Notes: generated from the sequence alone by a model not told the origin. 62,905 nt of DNA, filler included, from Craspedostauros australis (GCA_030167865.1; 8 parts of 8 records of this genome joined end to end with filler, not necessarily neighbours in it), one strand, 5' to 3'; counted from the first letter of the whole stretch, positions 44,629-58,484 are shown. Translations and numbers: made by a program.

Positions 44629-46071
44629 ATCCCATGTTCACAGCCTCTGCGGAGACAATCAGAGTATCCATAATAATCTCACGTCACACACACACACACA
44701 ACACATCCGTATCGTCTCCCGATCATCACAGATCTTCCCTCGCTGGCAGACACCTCATCAAAATCGCTCCTCGATGTGCTCAGAGTTCGGCTGTAGTATC
44801 CCATCGTCGGCTTTCCTTGCTTTTTGATCGTCCGAGTATGATGCTCTGCTTGCTTTTGATGTCCAGGGAGTGGTTGCTGATTGTTGCCGACTGTTGTTCG
44901 TGAGTTGGCTGTCGGAGTTGTTGGAGCTGTTGGAGCTGTTGAATTATGAGCTCACCTGTGATGTAGCCTTTGACGTGATCTTTGGTGTGTTTTGGCTTCG
45001 TCGGATGCATGTGCGTTGTCATGTACATTTGTGATCATAGGCCGTCGTAGTACATGCGACCTATTACGGTCAGCGCCAGGTGATTGCAAACAGTCGCAGA
45101 TTCCATTCGCAAGTGTTTCTAGGCGCATGGGAGGAACGCCTCCATCCGTTTGGTACGATCTGCCCTACCCTCGTATAATTGGTCGGTACCACACAAACTT
45201 GAGCGACAACCTCATGATGACTTCTCTCTCCCAGGTCATCATCACCCCTGCGGCAGCAATACTCCAACACGAGCACCTGTAGCTCCCATGGTAGGTCGTA
45301 CGACGATGGCACGAGCGCATTGCAACGTTTCCGAGATCGGAGCAGGAAGCGTGGAAGGTGGCGAACAGGAAGATCTTTTCAGCCGCGAGCGCTTTCCACG
45401 TCTTCAGCAACAGTGGGTCGAAAAACCTGCTCAGTCCTTGTGGATCGTATACTCGTGGTAGGTCGGATGATTTACAGGTAGAGAAAGAATTCGCACAGCT
45501 CCCCCTCTGAAAGGTGCGAGACTTACTACCTCCAGGTCGCAGTTGATGCACTCACGATAACACTAGTTGTGGAGTTTTGGCCCCTTGTTGTCACTGGTTT
45601 GCTTGCTTTTGGGAGAAACGGCGATTGGATANNNNNNNNNNNNNNNNNNNNNNNNNNNNNNNNNNNNNNNNNNNNNNNNNNNNNNNNNNNNNNNNNNNNN
45701 NNNNNNNNNNNNNNNNNNNNNNNNNNNNNNNNNNNNNNNNNNNNNNNNNNNNNNNNNNNNNNNNNNNNNNNNNNNNNACAACAGAATGTGCCAGGCCAGG
45801 ACAGCCAACAACACTCCACGTTGACCAGTCTCACAATGGAAACCAGCAACATCCAATCGTCTCGGAATACAACGAAGCGCATTGGCAATCTGTACGACGC
45901 AGACGACAGTGCTTCGCCAATCACCACAACATCGTCTTCACCTCGGCTGCCAATCCTGTGAATGATGCATGNNNNNNNNNNNNNNNNNNNNNNNNNNNNN
46001 NNNNNNNNNNNNNNNTTAATTAATTAANNNNNNNNNNNNNNNNNNNNNNNNNNNNNNNNNNNNNNNNNNNN

Positions 46072-47304
46072 GAGCCCTGGCTGCCGCAAGTGGATGTAGT
46101 CGGCTTGTGGGTCACGGTTGACTTCGATGCCGAGGAACTCGTTGAAGCTTCCTTCTTGGGTGAGTTCGAATCCTCGGTTTCGCATTGAGCGGATGAAGTC
46201 GTCTGCGAATTTCTTGGTCTTGGATGCGATGNNNNNNNNNNNNNNNNNNNNNNNNNNNNNNNNNNNNNNNNNNNNNNNNNNNNNNNNNNNNNNNNNNNNN
46301 NNNNNNNNNNNNNNNNNNNNNNNNNNNNNNNNNNNNNNNNNNNNNNNNNNNNNNNNNNNNNNNNNNAGGCCGTATAGGCTCTTTCTGAGGACAAGGCAGG
46401 TGTTCGACCCCTTGCTTGACTTGAATCCTCGTGGTAGATGGAGGAACACCGGCTTGTGAATCTCTGCTTGGACGAAGGCGTTGGTGAAGTCGATTGATGT
46501 TGTGACCCATCCCAGAACGATGGATGTGATCAGGAAGATGCGGACGGAGGACCATGCCACGACTAGCGCATAAGTCGAAGCATCTTCGAGGATGAGATCG
46601 CCGCGGCAGCACCATCGACCCTTGTACTTCTTGATTGTACCGTCGGGGAGGCGTTTGCGGCGGAAGACCCACGTACCTGGGTAGATTCTTTCTCCATAGG
46701 GCACGGTGTTCTTGTCGACTTCCTCCCATGTACCCTTCTCGGTGAGATCTTGGATTTCTTTGTTCGCCGCTTGCATCCATGCGTCTCTATTGTCATCGCG
46801 GATGGCCTCGTCGAAGGAGAGTGTGTCTGGGTCGGAGGTCGAAGCCTTGTACACTGCCGTTCGCTCAGAAATGTCGAGGTCGGCGCCTGTAGCGAAGTAG
46901 CTCATGAGTTGCCAGTCAACATAAGCTGGGAAGTTGGTGGCATCTGGCTGTGGCTCGATGATGTTCACTGAGTATGCGTGTTGNTCNATGTTGGCCCAAT
47001 CCTTCTGTGGGATGCAGTTGTTNGTGTCGAGAATGTAGCTNGGGTCAACTGTTAGGGTGCTTTGGAGGATGGCTTGATAGTCNGTCTCGCGCGTGTTGGG
47101 TANGTGATGAACCGGCTCGGTGCCTCCTTCTTGCACTCCGAGGTTGAATTGCTGAACTTCGAACTTGCTGGGTTGCTGCCATGGTCCTGGGCGAATGGTG
47201 CTTGTTTGATGTCGCAAGGATTCGAACGCCAGCCGGTAGTCGTGGCTCTGTCCGATTGCATTCCAGATGGAGAGGAACTTTGCCTTGAACATTGTTGCTC
47301 CGAG
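46072..47304 (-). pseudogene. Second, diverged copy of the copia family C pol (spacer + RT), gapped contig
   Basis: YRLAFESLRHQTSTIRPGPW, DPDTLSFDEAIRDDN, GTWVFRRKRLPDG, IDFTNAFVQA align with 21380-22530. Confidence 0.9.
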
Positions 47305-47473
47305 NNNNNNNNNNNNNNNNNNNNNNNNNNNNNNNNNNNNNNNNNNNNTTAATTAATTAANNNNNNNNNNNNNNNNNNNNNNNNNNNNNNNNNNNNNNNN
47401 NNNNCCCGCCATTCATTGCTCTTCTTGGGATCCACATGACCCCGTCATTCGTCAATTGTGGTTGGATCCAGCA

Positions 47474-49440
47474 TCATTGCGACATTTGCTTGCTCGGATC
47501 CCTCTCTTCGTTCTGTCTGTAGTTCAATGCTTGGTTCGCAGTGATGAAGTCACCCAGGCTCATCTTCTCATGAGTGGTGTCAATCGTCATGCCTGCGATA
47601 TCTCTGTTGAATGTTGACCCTTCTGTGTGAATGTTGGGTCCTCCTGTCGCCGATGGTGTGGTAGTCATCTCTCGAGTGGTCTCATACCCCTCATCATTCT
47701 CTGATTCTGATTCTCCACCTGATCCGAGTTCTCGCTCCTCCTTCGGATGGGTGTATTGTTGCATCCCACGAGAGCACTCAGCATCCTCGGCATGTGCAAG
47801 ACAGGTTCTGCGATTGGGACTGTGTTTGGTGCGTTCTCGACCAAATCGTCTTGTCCCGTCTCATCGTCCCTTCCAGATTCATCGTCGTCGTCATCGTACG
47901 ATTCATTGTCCCCTTGGATAGGGAGCAAGTCATCTTGCCCTCGAGCAGCGTCTTCTGTATCTGTATCCTCTCCGGCTCTTCTGCTCTGATCAGCGTCGTC
48001 GGTCTCCATGCTTCGGATGGTATCCGCACGCCGCTCCCAAGTCACTCTTCTATCTGGGGTAATCATCCCTGAAGTAGAGTCGCCATCTCCCAGGTCTGTC
48101 AGTACTGACCTGCTGGCATTCTCAATACTCTCGAATTGCTCACATGACGTATCCATCCATGTCACGTTCATCGTGATTAGGATCCTGGTCATCACCAGGT
48201 TCACTCGTGCGGTCCATACCGCTTGCATGCGACTTCTGTATCCAATCAGCATCTGTTGGGTTGGAGCGAGGTTGCTGTTCTCCAGCATGTCGTTGATTGC
48301 GTACACATTGCGAGCCACGTCGAGTGCGCTCCGCACGCCAATCTCATGCATCATGTAGTGCTTATGCATCATGTAGTGCAACCCGCATGGGTGCACTCAT
48401 CTGCACAGTCGTCTCTCGAATTCGTCGATCGCATCGTCGCAGATCATCGAAAGCTCGACGCGCACATCGTTGGCAGACGTCATGCTGCTCAACGAGTATC
48501 GAGCCAAGAGGCAGATCGGACCTGCATTAATGTGCAGTCCTCTGCGCTCCTCATTCTCGTTCGCCTTCGTTGTAGTTGGCGTTGCCGTCTTCCTCTTCAT
48601 TCTCGGATGGAAAGGGTTGTCTGTTGATCAACTCCATCGTGATCGTTCGTAGACCCGTAGTAGCTATACACTCCTGGAGTGTACTCGGCTATCTCCTCCC
48701 TGGTCCACTCGTAGTCGTTGACTGGTGTTCCGCTGTCGAAGCCGGAAACCCCATCATTGTTGATTGTTACGAGTGCCATGTTGTTCGTGATCGCGTTGTC
48801 GTCGCGCATCGCCGTGTGGTTTCTCATGGTCACATTTTTGGTCGTTGTTCGCGATTTCGGTGATGGCCACAAATTTCGCGTTGGTCACATTTTTGATGCC
48901 GACCACATTTTCGTTGATGGGCATGGACATCGGCTCGTCGGTTGTGATGAGAGCGATGTCATCCATCCCGTCTATCGCGACCTTGGTCGACCTGGCTTCC
49001 TTCATCTCACTATCGTGGGCATCGCGGTTAGGGCGTCTGCTCCTGAACCGACCGATCCGTTGTCAGTGTCATCTTTATCTCACTCTCTTACTGCCGTTGC
49101 CTCGTGCACACTTATAACCGTGTTTGATACGGTGGCGGTCGTAGATGAGGCTCATGGCTCTGCGGATGTCTGGAATCATCGTCTTTTCCGATGGCGAGGA
49201 CACCTCCTGTTCCTCGTCTTTCGTATTGAGCCTGGGATCGAAGCGCGGAAGGACCTCCCGTCCAGCTTGTTCCAGCGCTTTCCCTTCTCGTCGAAGCACA
49301 CACTTCCTGTGTTGCTATTTTCGTTGTTGTTGCCAATTCGTGGCTTGGTAGGTTGCATCCTTACCATCTCGATCATCTCACAGTAGGAATCGCAGCCAGC
49401 CCTCGAGCATGTATCTCACGACGGCAGTTGGTGCCACATG
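47474..49440 (-). pseudogene. Heavily decayed gag-like/retroelement remnant
   Basis: Broken ORFs with gag-like helices (KRWNKL, IPDIRRAMSLIYDR), acidic tracts and a segment resembling the gag-PR insert at 52600-52850. Confidence 0.35.
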
Positions 49441-49707
49441 ATCATCTCGATGCTTTCCATTGCTGCTCCTCGCGTCACTCTTGATGTCGTCTCGATTATG
49501 GGCCATGCCCATTCCTGCGTAGGTCTAGATCGTCCTTCATCTTATCATCCCTGCCTGCATGCTCGTGCTCGATTGCGTCGCGCGCGCCATGCGCACAGAC
49601 GTTCAGCNNNNNNNNNNNNNNNNNNNNNNNNNNNNNNNNNNNNNNNNNNNNTTAATTAATTAANNNNNNNNNNNNNNNNNNNNNNNNNNNNNNNNNNNNN
49701 NNNNNNN

Positions 49708-50518
49708 TGTAGAGATATCATTGACACCTGTGTCGAGATGTACATTCGTGTATGTGCATCGTTCACCCGTTTTCTTTTTACTCATGTACAGATGGTACAA
49801 CTACATTCGTGTCAATAGTGAACTGTGATTTGCCAACATCACATCATGAAATGGAACACACGAAAACGAACTGAATTTCTGGAGGAAATCTGTAAGCACG
49901 GATTTCTGAGATTATGAGGAACATCGTCTGTCCATCCATCAACAAAACATGTGATATCAAGTCAGGCTTGATATACTTCCCAACTAAACCTCAAATGACG
50001 ATACCCTTGCTGACCCATTGCATCATCAATGGAATGTGGAATGACAAGGACCTTGGAATCTGACAGCTGACATCAACAAGATGTCATTGTGTCACCACAT
50101 TGGCATCTGTCTCCACATCAGATCAAGAAGGCAAAGATTCAATGACCAAGGGACATCAAGATCATAAGTATGCAAGGAGGAATACAGTGTGGGTGCATTG
50201 ACAATTACTCATGGAGTAGTGAGCTTGTAGATAACGAAATGCGGAGTATGCATCGAATACATAATATTGCATGGTGTGAACATGCAATACCAAGAGAGAG
50301 AGAGAGAGAGAGAGAACACACACAAGAGTAAGAGAGTATCTTGTGTACCGACTCATAGTCAGACCATCGAACAGATGTGCCAAGAGCATCAGTCGAAGCA
50401 ACAGAGTACACCAAGCAGATTGGAGTAGCAGCATAATGAAATATCAGAGAGAATCAGCACCAAACAACAACACCATCTTCCACGATCGCAAGGTATCCGT
50501 TCACGGAACTTGCCAATA
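49708..50518 (+). mobile_element. 5' LTR (family A) of the gag-pol element
   Basis: Colinear with 4042-4858; ends GGAACTTGCCAATA; followed by a leader and gag. Confidence 0.85.
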
Positions 50519-50827
50519 CTTTTATGAACAATAGATCAGGGCAAGCCTGCGGATTGGATTGTGCAAGGAAGACAACATCATTCAAGAGCAGCAGGCTGAA
50601 TGAGCAAGGAAGAGGAATTGAAAGACATCCCTCTGTCCCAACTGGCTATCAAGCAAGAAGAAGGTGCGAGTGAGACTCAACCATGACAAGAGAAGGAAGC
50701 AGCCGCGGCTACTGTCCTATCAGGCGTAGACGCAAGCGCAATCAACGAGATCGAAGAGGAACGGTCTGCAAGACTACACCGTGAGGAGAAGAGGATTCTC
50801 AAGACGGTCAAGCAAGAGGAGACTGGT

Positions 50828-53800
50828 GTGACGGAGAGCATTCGCACAGCCAAACAGGGTGGGAAAAGTGAGACACCACCAGGAGGAGAATTTGTGAGCA
50901 AATCAATCCTTGCGAAACAACAAGCGAAAATCGAGGAATCGACAACACAGAAACAAACGGAAATCAAGGGCGCGAGCGCACCAACAACGAAACAACAAGT
51001 CAACATGGCGACACCAGCCAACACGAACAAGCGACGCATCAAGGCGCCAATATTCAGTGGTGAACAAGAGGATTATAGCGCATGGGAGTCCCAAGCAAAG
51101 GCATACACTTGTACACAGAAGACGAGAGACGTGATGTTGGGCAAGACGAAGATCCCAACAGTGAGTGAGATCGAGGCAGCCGTCAACGATGCCAAGGAAG
51201 CGATGGAGGAAATCTACGAGCTGGGATGCGACTGCTTCAGCGATCTGGTCCTCATGATGGATGCAGAGAAAGGAAAAGGCAAGCAGGCCATCCAGTACAT
51301 CAACCAATGCGTCTCCGACGATTATCCCGAAGGAGATCCACACGCAGCGTGGAATGTTCTCGCGGAGAAGTTCCGTCCATCCGATGCAGCAACGAAGATC
51401 AAACTCAAGCGACAGTTCAACAACGAAAAGATGAAGAGAAACACGGACCCCGACATCTACATCACGCGACTCGAGGGTCTACGATCGCGTCTCCACGATG
51501 TCAAGTACAAGATCACGGACGAGGAAATGATCATGCAGATCCTCAGCACGGTGAGCGTGGAATACAGAACCCACATCGTGAACTTCCAACACCAACTCAC
51601 GTTTAATCCGGAACTGGTTACCATCAACGCGATCAGAGGAGTACTCCGCACAGCATACGCCACTCATCAAGGAGGCAAGGCATACGTGGACGACTTCCAA
51701 GACAGTAACACGAAGAGCAACGACACCGGTTTCACGAGTACCGGTAACTTCAAGGGTACCTGCCACAACTGTGGTGTGTATGGTCACAGATCCGCCGATT
51801 GCCCAGAACGCAAGAAATCGAACAACAAGAAAAACAACAACAATAACAAGATGAACGGAAAGCGCAACAACAATCGCAACAAGGGAAGCGGTTTCAAGGG
51901 CAAGTGCAACTACTGCGGCATCTTCGGACATCGCGAGGCAGAATGCCGAAAGAAGAAGTTCAACGAGAAGAAGAAGGCCGACGAACAGGCCAACACAGCA
52001 ACACAAGGACACGACAAGAGCGGGCACGAGATGGTACTCTCGGCAAAGGACATGCCGCTCTGCATGTTGGTGTCCGACGACTACATCGAAGACTCCTTCT
52101 TCGATAGCTTCGAGTACGTTGGAAGTGACGACGAAGCGCAGGACGATGAGATCGTCCCAGAATGGCTCAGCGAGGAGCCCATCATCCACGAGGTGGATCC
52201 AAGACGCGAAGTGAGCTACGAATGCTGCTTCAACGCGCACGACCTGATCGGTCCATACGGCGACGGAGCTGAGATGGGCAACGAGGCCATCGATAGCGAC
52301 ATCAAGGAGGCCATGAGTGAAGAAGATGACGACGAACCCAACAAGAATGACAGAGGCCGAGATGAAACGAATGGCGGCGCGGCGCCGCCCGCTCCAGCGG
52401 CAGGGAATAACAGATCGGGTATCTTCGATGAAGACGATAGTGATGAAACAGAATATCACCCAGACGACAGCTTCAATCCGAACGAGCGTGTCGTCTATCC
52501 GACAGGGATCCAATTCCCACCAGTCGAGAATCCCAACAGGTCGAGTCAAATCCATCGACATGACACAATCCCCCACGGAACGGCCACAGCATTGACGATT
52601 CAAAAGCAACTGATTTTCGACGCTGTGATGGCAGTGGGAGTGGAGATGTTCTCAGGAACTCCAGAAGGAGCATTCATGCCAATATGGGTGAACATGATGG
52701 GATCCATTCTGTCTGAGAACTTCAGATCCATTGAAGAGATTCTCGCCAACTCAGTCATCATCAATCGACTGTTGGAAGCAGAAGACACAGAAACGATCCC
52801 AGAGACGGATCTGCATTACATCCTTGGAGGGTGTATGCGCGTGCTACTGCGTGAGCGATCACGAGTAGCACCTTTCGATCCAGTCACCAGAACTCATCGA
52901 AACAGCACAGTTCCATCGGACTATGCACAACTACCCGACGACATGGATGATGAGAATCACCACAATCCATACAACAAAGATGGAGCTCACGAAGACGACG
53001 ACGATGACAGCTTTGACGACGAGATAGCTGCAGCAGCCGTAGAGCAGCTCCACGAGCTGAGCACCAGATACAAGGACAAGGTCAACAAGGACACCTGGCT
53101 TGCTGACAGTGGAGCTTCGTGGCACATCGTCAATTCAGACGCCGCCCTCTTCAACGTGCGACACATCAAGTCTTTCGTCCAAGTGGGAGACAGCATGAAG
53201 CTGGATTCTCCCAAGATGGGATCCATCCGCTTGAAAATCAAGCAACGAGACAACACTGGCCACACCATCTGGCTCGATGATGTAAAGTACACACCCAAGA
53301 TGGTGGTGAACCTTTTCTCTATGAACAAGGCTCTGTACAACAGTTACCAGATTGGGAACAACGGCATTCTGATGGACATCATCAACAGAGCTGGGAAGAA
53401 GATCATCTTCGATTGGATCTTTTGCACCTCCAACGGATTCATCACGGGAGTGCAGATGCATCCCATCATGCCATCTGAGGACGACAAGACTTCCACAGCC
53501 ATCATCAAGAATCCATCCAAAGAGGTGAGCGCAGTGAACCTGCACCGAATGCTCGGCCACGCGCCACTTGAGACCATGAAGCGGACGGCCGCTCAATACG
53601 GATGGAAGATCATCGGCGAGATGCCGGTATGTCGCGACTGCGCAGTCGCGAATGCGAGAGTGAAGAACATCTTGAAGACCAGAATCCCAAGAGCGAGTTG
53701 CCGCGGCGAACGCCTTTTCATTGACATTAGTTACACTACACACATAAGCTTCGGAGATAAACGTTAATGGACTCTGATTGTGGACAACTGCACAGACTAC

Positions 53801-54475
53801 TGCTGGAGCTTCTTTCTGAAGAACAAAAGTAACCAACCAGGATACATCAAATGATTTGTGCAAACGATCAAATCACCGACAGGTGACCAACAAATCATCT
53901 TCCGAGGAGACAACAGCGGAGAGAACAAATCCACGCAGGACATTCTCGTCAATGCTGGACTGAATGCGAAATTCGAGTTCACGGCATCCAACACGCCACA
54001 GCAGAATGGTAGAGTAGAACACAAGTTTGTGTATCTCTACACCAAGATCGGCTCCATGCTCAATGGAGCACAACTCAATGACAAGTACAGGCATGGCCTG
54101 TGGGCAGCAGCCGTGAGCACTGCCACCGCCATCGCCAACATCACCGTAGCGAAGAATCAGAAGAAGCCACCACACCGCCAATTCTTCGATAGTGATCCAC
54201 CATATGCTGATGCACTTCGAACATTCGGAAAGGTGGGTGTTGTGAAGACGACCTATGGTGGGATCACTGCCAAACTCAAGAATAGAGGAGAAGAGATGGT
54301 GTTCATTGGATATGCACACCAACACGCATCAGGAGTGTACAACATGTACAGACCATCAACCAAGTCACTGGTCTGTTCTCGCAACATCAAATGGCTCAAT
54401 CAATCATACGGACTGTTCCGTGGCTGGGCGCAAGCACCAAACACAGTCAACAATGCAGACACCACGGACGCAGAC
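50828..54475 (+). pseudogene. Ty1/copia gag-pol of element A (gag, two zinc knuckles, protease, integrase); internal stops, cut by a contig end
   Basis: PIFSGEQEDYSAW, CHNCGVYGHRSADC, CNYCGIFGHREAEC, WLADSGASWH, LHRMLGH..CRDC, FIDIS, RGDNSGE, PQQNGRVE; stops at 53765 and 53832. Confidence 0.93.
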
Positions 54476-55318
54476 NNNNNNNNNNNNNNNNNNNNNNNNN
54501 NNNNNNNNNNNNNNNNNNNTTAATTAATTAANNNNNNNNNNNNNNNNNNNNNNNNNNNNNNNNNNNNNNNNNNNNCCTCCGCCTGCGACAAGCCACGAAG
54601 AACTTGTTGTTGTGTCATAGATGTATTCGTTGTTCACCCATGCATGTTGTAGAGAACGATTGTGTAGAAAGGCCATGAGTCCGATTTCCCAACCGCGTAG
54701 AGTATGTACTGTTGCCACGCCCACAATTACGTGTCACACCTGCATTTGTGTTGATGCGCACACGTCATACAATAGCAGCTTTCTCACACCGGAAGAACGG
54801 AAATGACGTTGTCTGCCAAACCGCCCCAAAAGATATGAATGACTTGCCGTATGCTTGAAGCACAACTGACATGGGATACTCTAGAGAGCGTCTTACGTGC
54901 AGCACCGTCAACACCAACCAGTGTCGTTGCATGACATGATGTCAACGAACGTCATACAAGAGCAACCATCAAAGCGACGAGAGCTGACATCATCTGTGAC
55001 AGTGACACCGATTGTTCTGCAGAATAGTAGTTGTCACCAACCAGCACGCACTTGAACCGACATGCATGCAACGATCTTTGAACGGCAATGTTGTCATCCC
55101 TGTTCCGTACACAGCCGGCAACCAGAGCGCCAGAACGCATTTGTGTAGAATCCTACAGCCACATTTGTTGATTCATACTGTGCGATGCTTTCACCATGTC
55201 TGCTGCATGCGATTTCCCACAGTCATTTGGTAGGCCACCAAGCTGTTGCGTTGCTGTAGTGAATGCACAAAGTCTGACGCAGGTATGTTCTCACAAAATA
55301 GCAAGGTGTCTACAAATT

Positions 55319-55348
<30 letters not shown>
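55319..55348 (+). repeat. (AAC)n microsatellite upstream of the ATG at 55358
   Basis: Read directly from the sequence. Confidence 0.9.
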
Positions 55349-55349
<1 letters not shown>

Positions 55350-55357
55350 TTATCAAC

Positions 55358-56682
55358 ATGGGCAAACCGTGGAAACGCACCGCACGCGAGGTTGTGGACC
55401 TAAAACGCATGATTGCCGCAGGTGACATTCCAAGAAAATGGACTCCTGCCTTCGTCTATGACAAGTTCGAAGACCTTCACGTTTTCAACCGCGCTAACTT
55501 TTCCCGCAACTACAAAAACCTGTGGGTGTCGCACCTGGAGGAGGTAAAGGAAGCAGGTACGTGTTTGTGTCGACCTTGGCTGGGGGCATTGATGTGCTGT
55601 GTATGCCCTTTCATCTTTTTCGCTCACACACTTGCACAGAAGACACGAAGGCAAAGAACACACCAGGTGTAAAAGAGTACATAAAAAACAAAGAGTACCT
55701 GAAATCCGAAGTCGGCTGGGCTGTCTCTGTTCCCCCGTCCCACTTTCTCAAAACCGCTTCTCAATCCAACATTGCGTCTCCCTCCACCAATCCAACAGAA
55801 ACTCTCCAATCAACAGAACACCCAATGACTCCACCACGTCCGAATCAAGCAAGGATGCGTGCGACAAGAACCAACAAGGTAAGTACAATTGTGCATGGAC
55901 AGAGCGAAGATGTCCCTGGCGAAGACGTGTCTGAACCTGAGGAACCTGTGTCTGTGACTCCTGCGCGAATCAAGGAGACAACAGTTCTGACCACTGCGTC
56001 CTGGCTTGAACGCAACAGAACTGTGGGGATTGCCGCGCACCGCCACGAATACATGCATGAGAACCATCGTGTCATCGGTATTGACTTTGTTCTCCCTGGT
56101 GGAACATGTGCGGATGATGTTGAATGTATCATTGTTAACGGCACTCAACTTCACATCAAGGTGGAGGCCAATGCCGCACTCACAAACACAACCTTGCATC
56201 AAGACCGCGAACTCCTTTCTTTGTACAACGAAGAGCCAAACAACAAAACAGCCCCCAATGCCACAGCTTTCTACCTTCAAGGCGAACGCAAGCTTGCATA
56301 CAAACGCGCGACAAAATGTGTCTGGAATTCTGCAGACACCAAAACGCGCGTACATCGCGAAGACCTTCCTTGTGTTGTGGCTGGGATGCTCGATAATGAC
56401 CCATTTGGTGTGTTTTTGCACCTCAACTTCATTGAGCCCCTTGTCCCTCTCAACTCTTCTACCCGCAACAAACAGCAAATCGCGCGAGTGCCAATGCTCC
56501 TTGTCCGGATGGTGGAGGCACTTCCAGAAACAACACTGGCGCTCAAGCCTACGAAGAGAGCCGCGCGCAACACGCCACATCCTCCCCACATGAGCGACCT
56601 TCGCGCCCCCCTCCCCAAGAAAGCGCGCACGACTAAGCTTGACAAACTGTGCGCGATTCTGGACTCCGACAGTTTGTCCGAC
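55358..56682 (+). CDS. Hypothetical protein: N-terminal helical (possibly DNA-binding) domain + HSP20/CS-like beta region; intron 55557-55639; 3' truncated
   Basis: GTACGT..GCACAG intron joins KEA|EDTKAK in frame; KPWKRT..LKRMIAAGDI..PAFVY..FSRNYKNL; IDFVLPGG..DVECIIVNGTQLHIKV. Confidence 0.55.
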
Positions 56683-56782
56683 NNNNNNNNNNNNNNNNNN
56701 NNNNNNNNNNNNNNNNNNNNNNNNNNTTAATTAATTAANNNNNNNNNNNNNNNNNNNNNNNNNNNNNNNNNNNNNNNNNNNN

Positions 56783-57456
56783 AAGACGATCAGCATCGTC
56801 GGCAGATCGATGATTCGACGCCGTTCACACTCAACTTCATCAGCATCACCAAAACCAAAGAACATCATATCCCAATGAACGAAATGTGCAGAGCCGCCTA
56901 CGAGCATGGCGCTGACTACATCGTGCGTATCAACGATGACTCCGAATTCAAAACTCAGAACTGGGCTACGAAGGGTGTCGATAGACTCATGAGCTACAGT
57001 CCCCCGAACATCGGTGTGGTCGGCCCCACCTGCAAGCAAGGGAAGGTGACTATTCTGACACACGATATGGTCCATCGAAGCCATCTGGACATCTTCGGTT
57101 ATTACTATCCGATCGAATTTGACAATTGGTATATCGATGACTGGATCACGCGTGTGTATGGTAACAATCGCACGACGAAACTGGCTGACTGGAAAGTGAA
57201 ACATCACGTCAGGAAGCACGGTACGCGATACGATGTGGACAAGAGTCAAAAACAGCTGTTGAGGGATACCGTAATCCGCGGGAAGCGCACCTTGGTCGAG
57301 TACTTTGAGCAGAACGCCACCAAGCCGGCATCGGATTACCAAGTGCTGGGCACATCGAGGATAGGCATGTCGACCGGGCCGATCCACACAACACATGCGC
57401 GGATGAAGGGGCAAGGCACCAATCATTTGGCCGCGATCAAGTTGACACAAGCTTGA
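56783..57456 (+). CDS. GT-A fold glycosyltransferase (GT2-like), 5' truncated by a contig break
   Basis: ADYIVRINDD, PPNIGVVGP, ILTHDMVHRSHLDIFGYYYP..FDNWYIDDWITRVYG. Confidence 0.75.
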
Positions 57457-57869
57457 GCAGCTGTACTCCGCACGAGGGATGCCATTTTCATCAGCTGCCA
57501 ACTACGAAAATGCCGCGATCGTTGTTTGCAGGCGGAACAACTGCCTTCGGGCAGGATCGTGCTCCACAGCAATGCCGTCATTATGCATTCGGTTCTGACT
57601 TGGCATTGTGCACTTCCCGACTGTGGACGATGCTCTTTCTGCGGAATACTACACCAACGACATCATACGCCACACTCCGTACTTGCATGGCACAATAATA
57701 CTTTCAATAAGTAAATAAATAAATAACTCAAGGATTAGTCAGTCTTATGCTGTGACTGCGTCGGCGACGCTTTTCTCCGCCTCCTTTCAACTCCATGTGG
57801 AACACATGGAGGGGGTACGGAATCTGAGATATATGTGCTGGGTTTTGGCTACGTCCATGTTGTGTTCTC

Positions 57870-58484
57870 TCACTTGGGTGTCTCTGTCGGACGTCGGATT
57901 TGGAAACCTGTGCGCGAGTGGACGCTCATCCATTTGGACAGCGGTCCTACAGCTACACGAGTACGGAGGAGCCTTGCGGCTTGCTCCATCCACAGAGCTA
58001 TGCTTGCTGCATCCGCGTCCCGTCCTGGGTATGATTTGCGGACTCGTTTGTGTGCGATATTGTTGTCTTGGAGCATGTCGGCCAGATCTTGCGACCTGGT
58101 CCGCATAGCCTCCTGCATATCTTGCTCAGCTGACTAGACTTCGTTAAACATGTCATGATTTCGAAGCTGCCATTGCTCCCACACTATTTTCCATATGCGT
58201 CGGCCCAGCTCTGCCCCCCACGCTAGGGGCGATCGTCGTGATCCTTGACTTACCAGGAAATCTGTCTGCATGTTCACCCATTTGGAACCGATCATACCTC
58301 GCGAGAGGGAGACATGACCTATCCGCCGTTGCTGCTCCACTGCTGCCGCCGTTTCTCCACGCACGCCGGTCGATTGTAGGTGGGCCGCTCCAGCAAACTG
58401 GCTTTTCAGCATCGCCGTTATCGCTGCTGTGACTTGCGGACTCGTCGGGTACTTCGCCATCCACATCCGGATGCCGTGCAAATG
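57870..58484 (-). pseudogene. C-terminal remnant of a non-LTR retrotransposon ORF, interrupted by LTR-A
   Basis: Trp-spaced motif EQQRRIG..LSRGMIGSKW..MQ..W...IWKIVWEQWQLRN; internal TAG at 58134. Confidence 0.55.

Noticed and set aside
45070..45312. F-box-like motif DLPWELQVLVLEY
   Set aside because: Isolated short ORF beside a gap; no supportable gene model
4042..50518. LTR-A copies at 4 kb and 50 kb as two ends of one giant element carrying host genes
   Set aside because: Different contigs, visibly diverged, and the 50-kb copy is a 5' LTR followed by gag
54575..55260. Possible transposase remnant next to the 55358 gene
   Set aside because: No DDE or other transposase motif could be read in any frame
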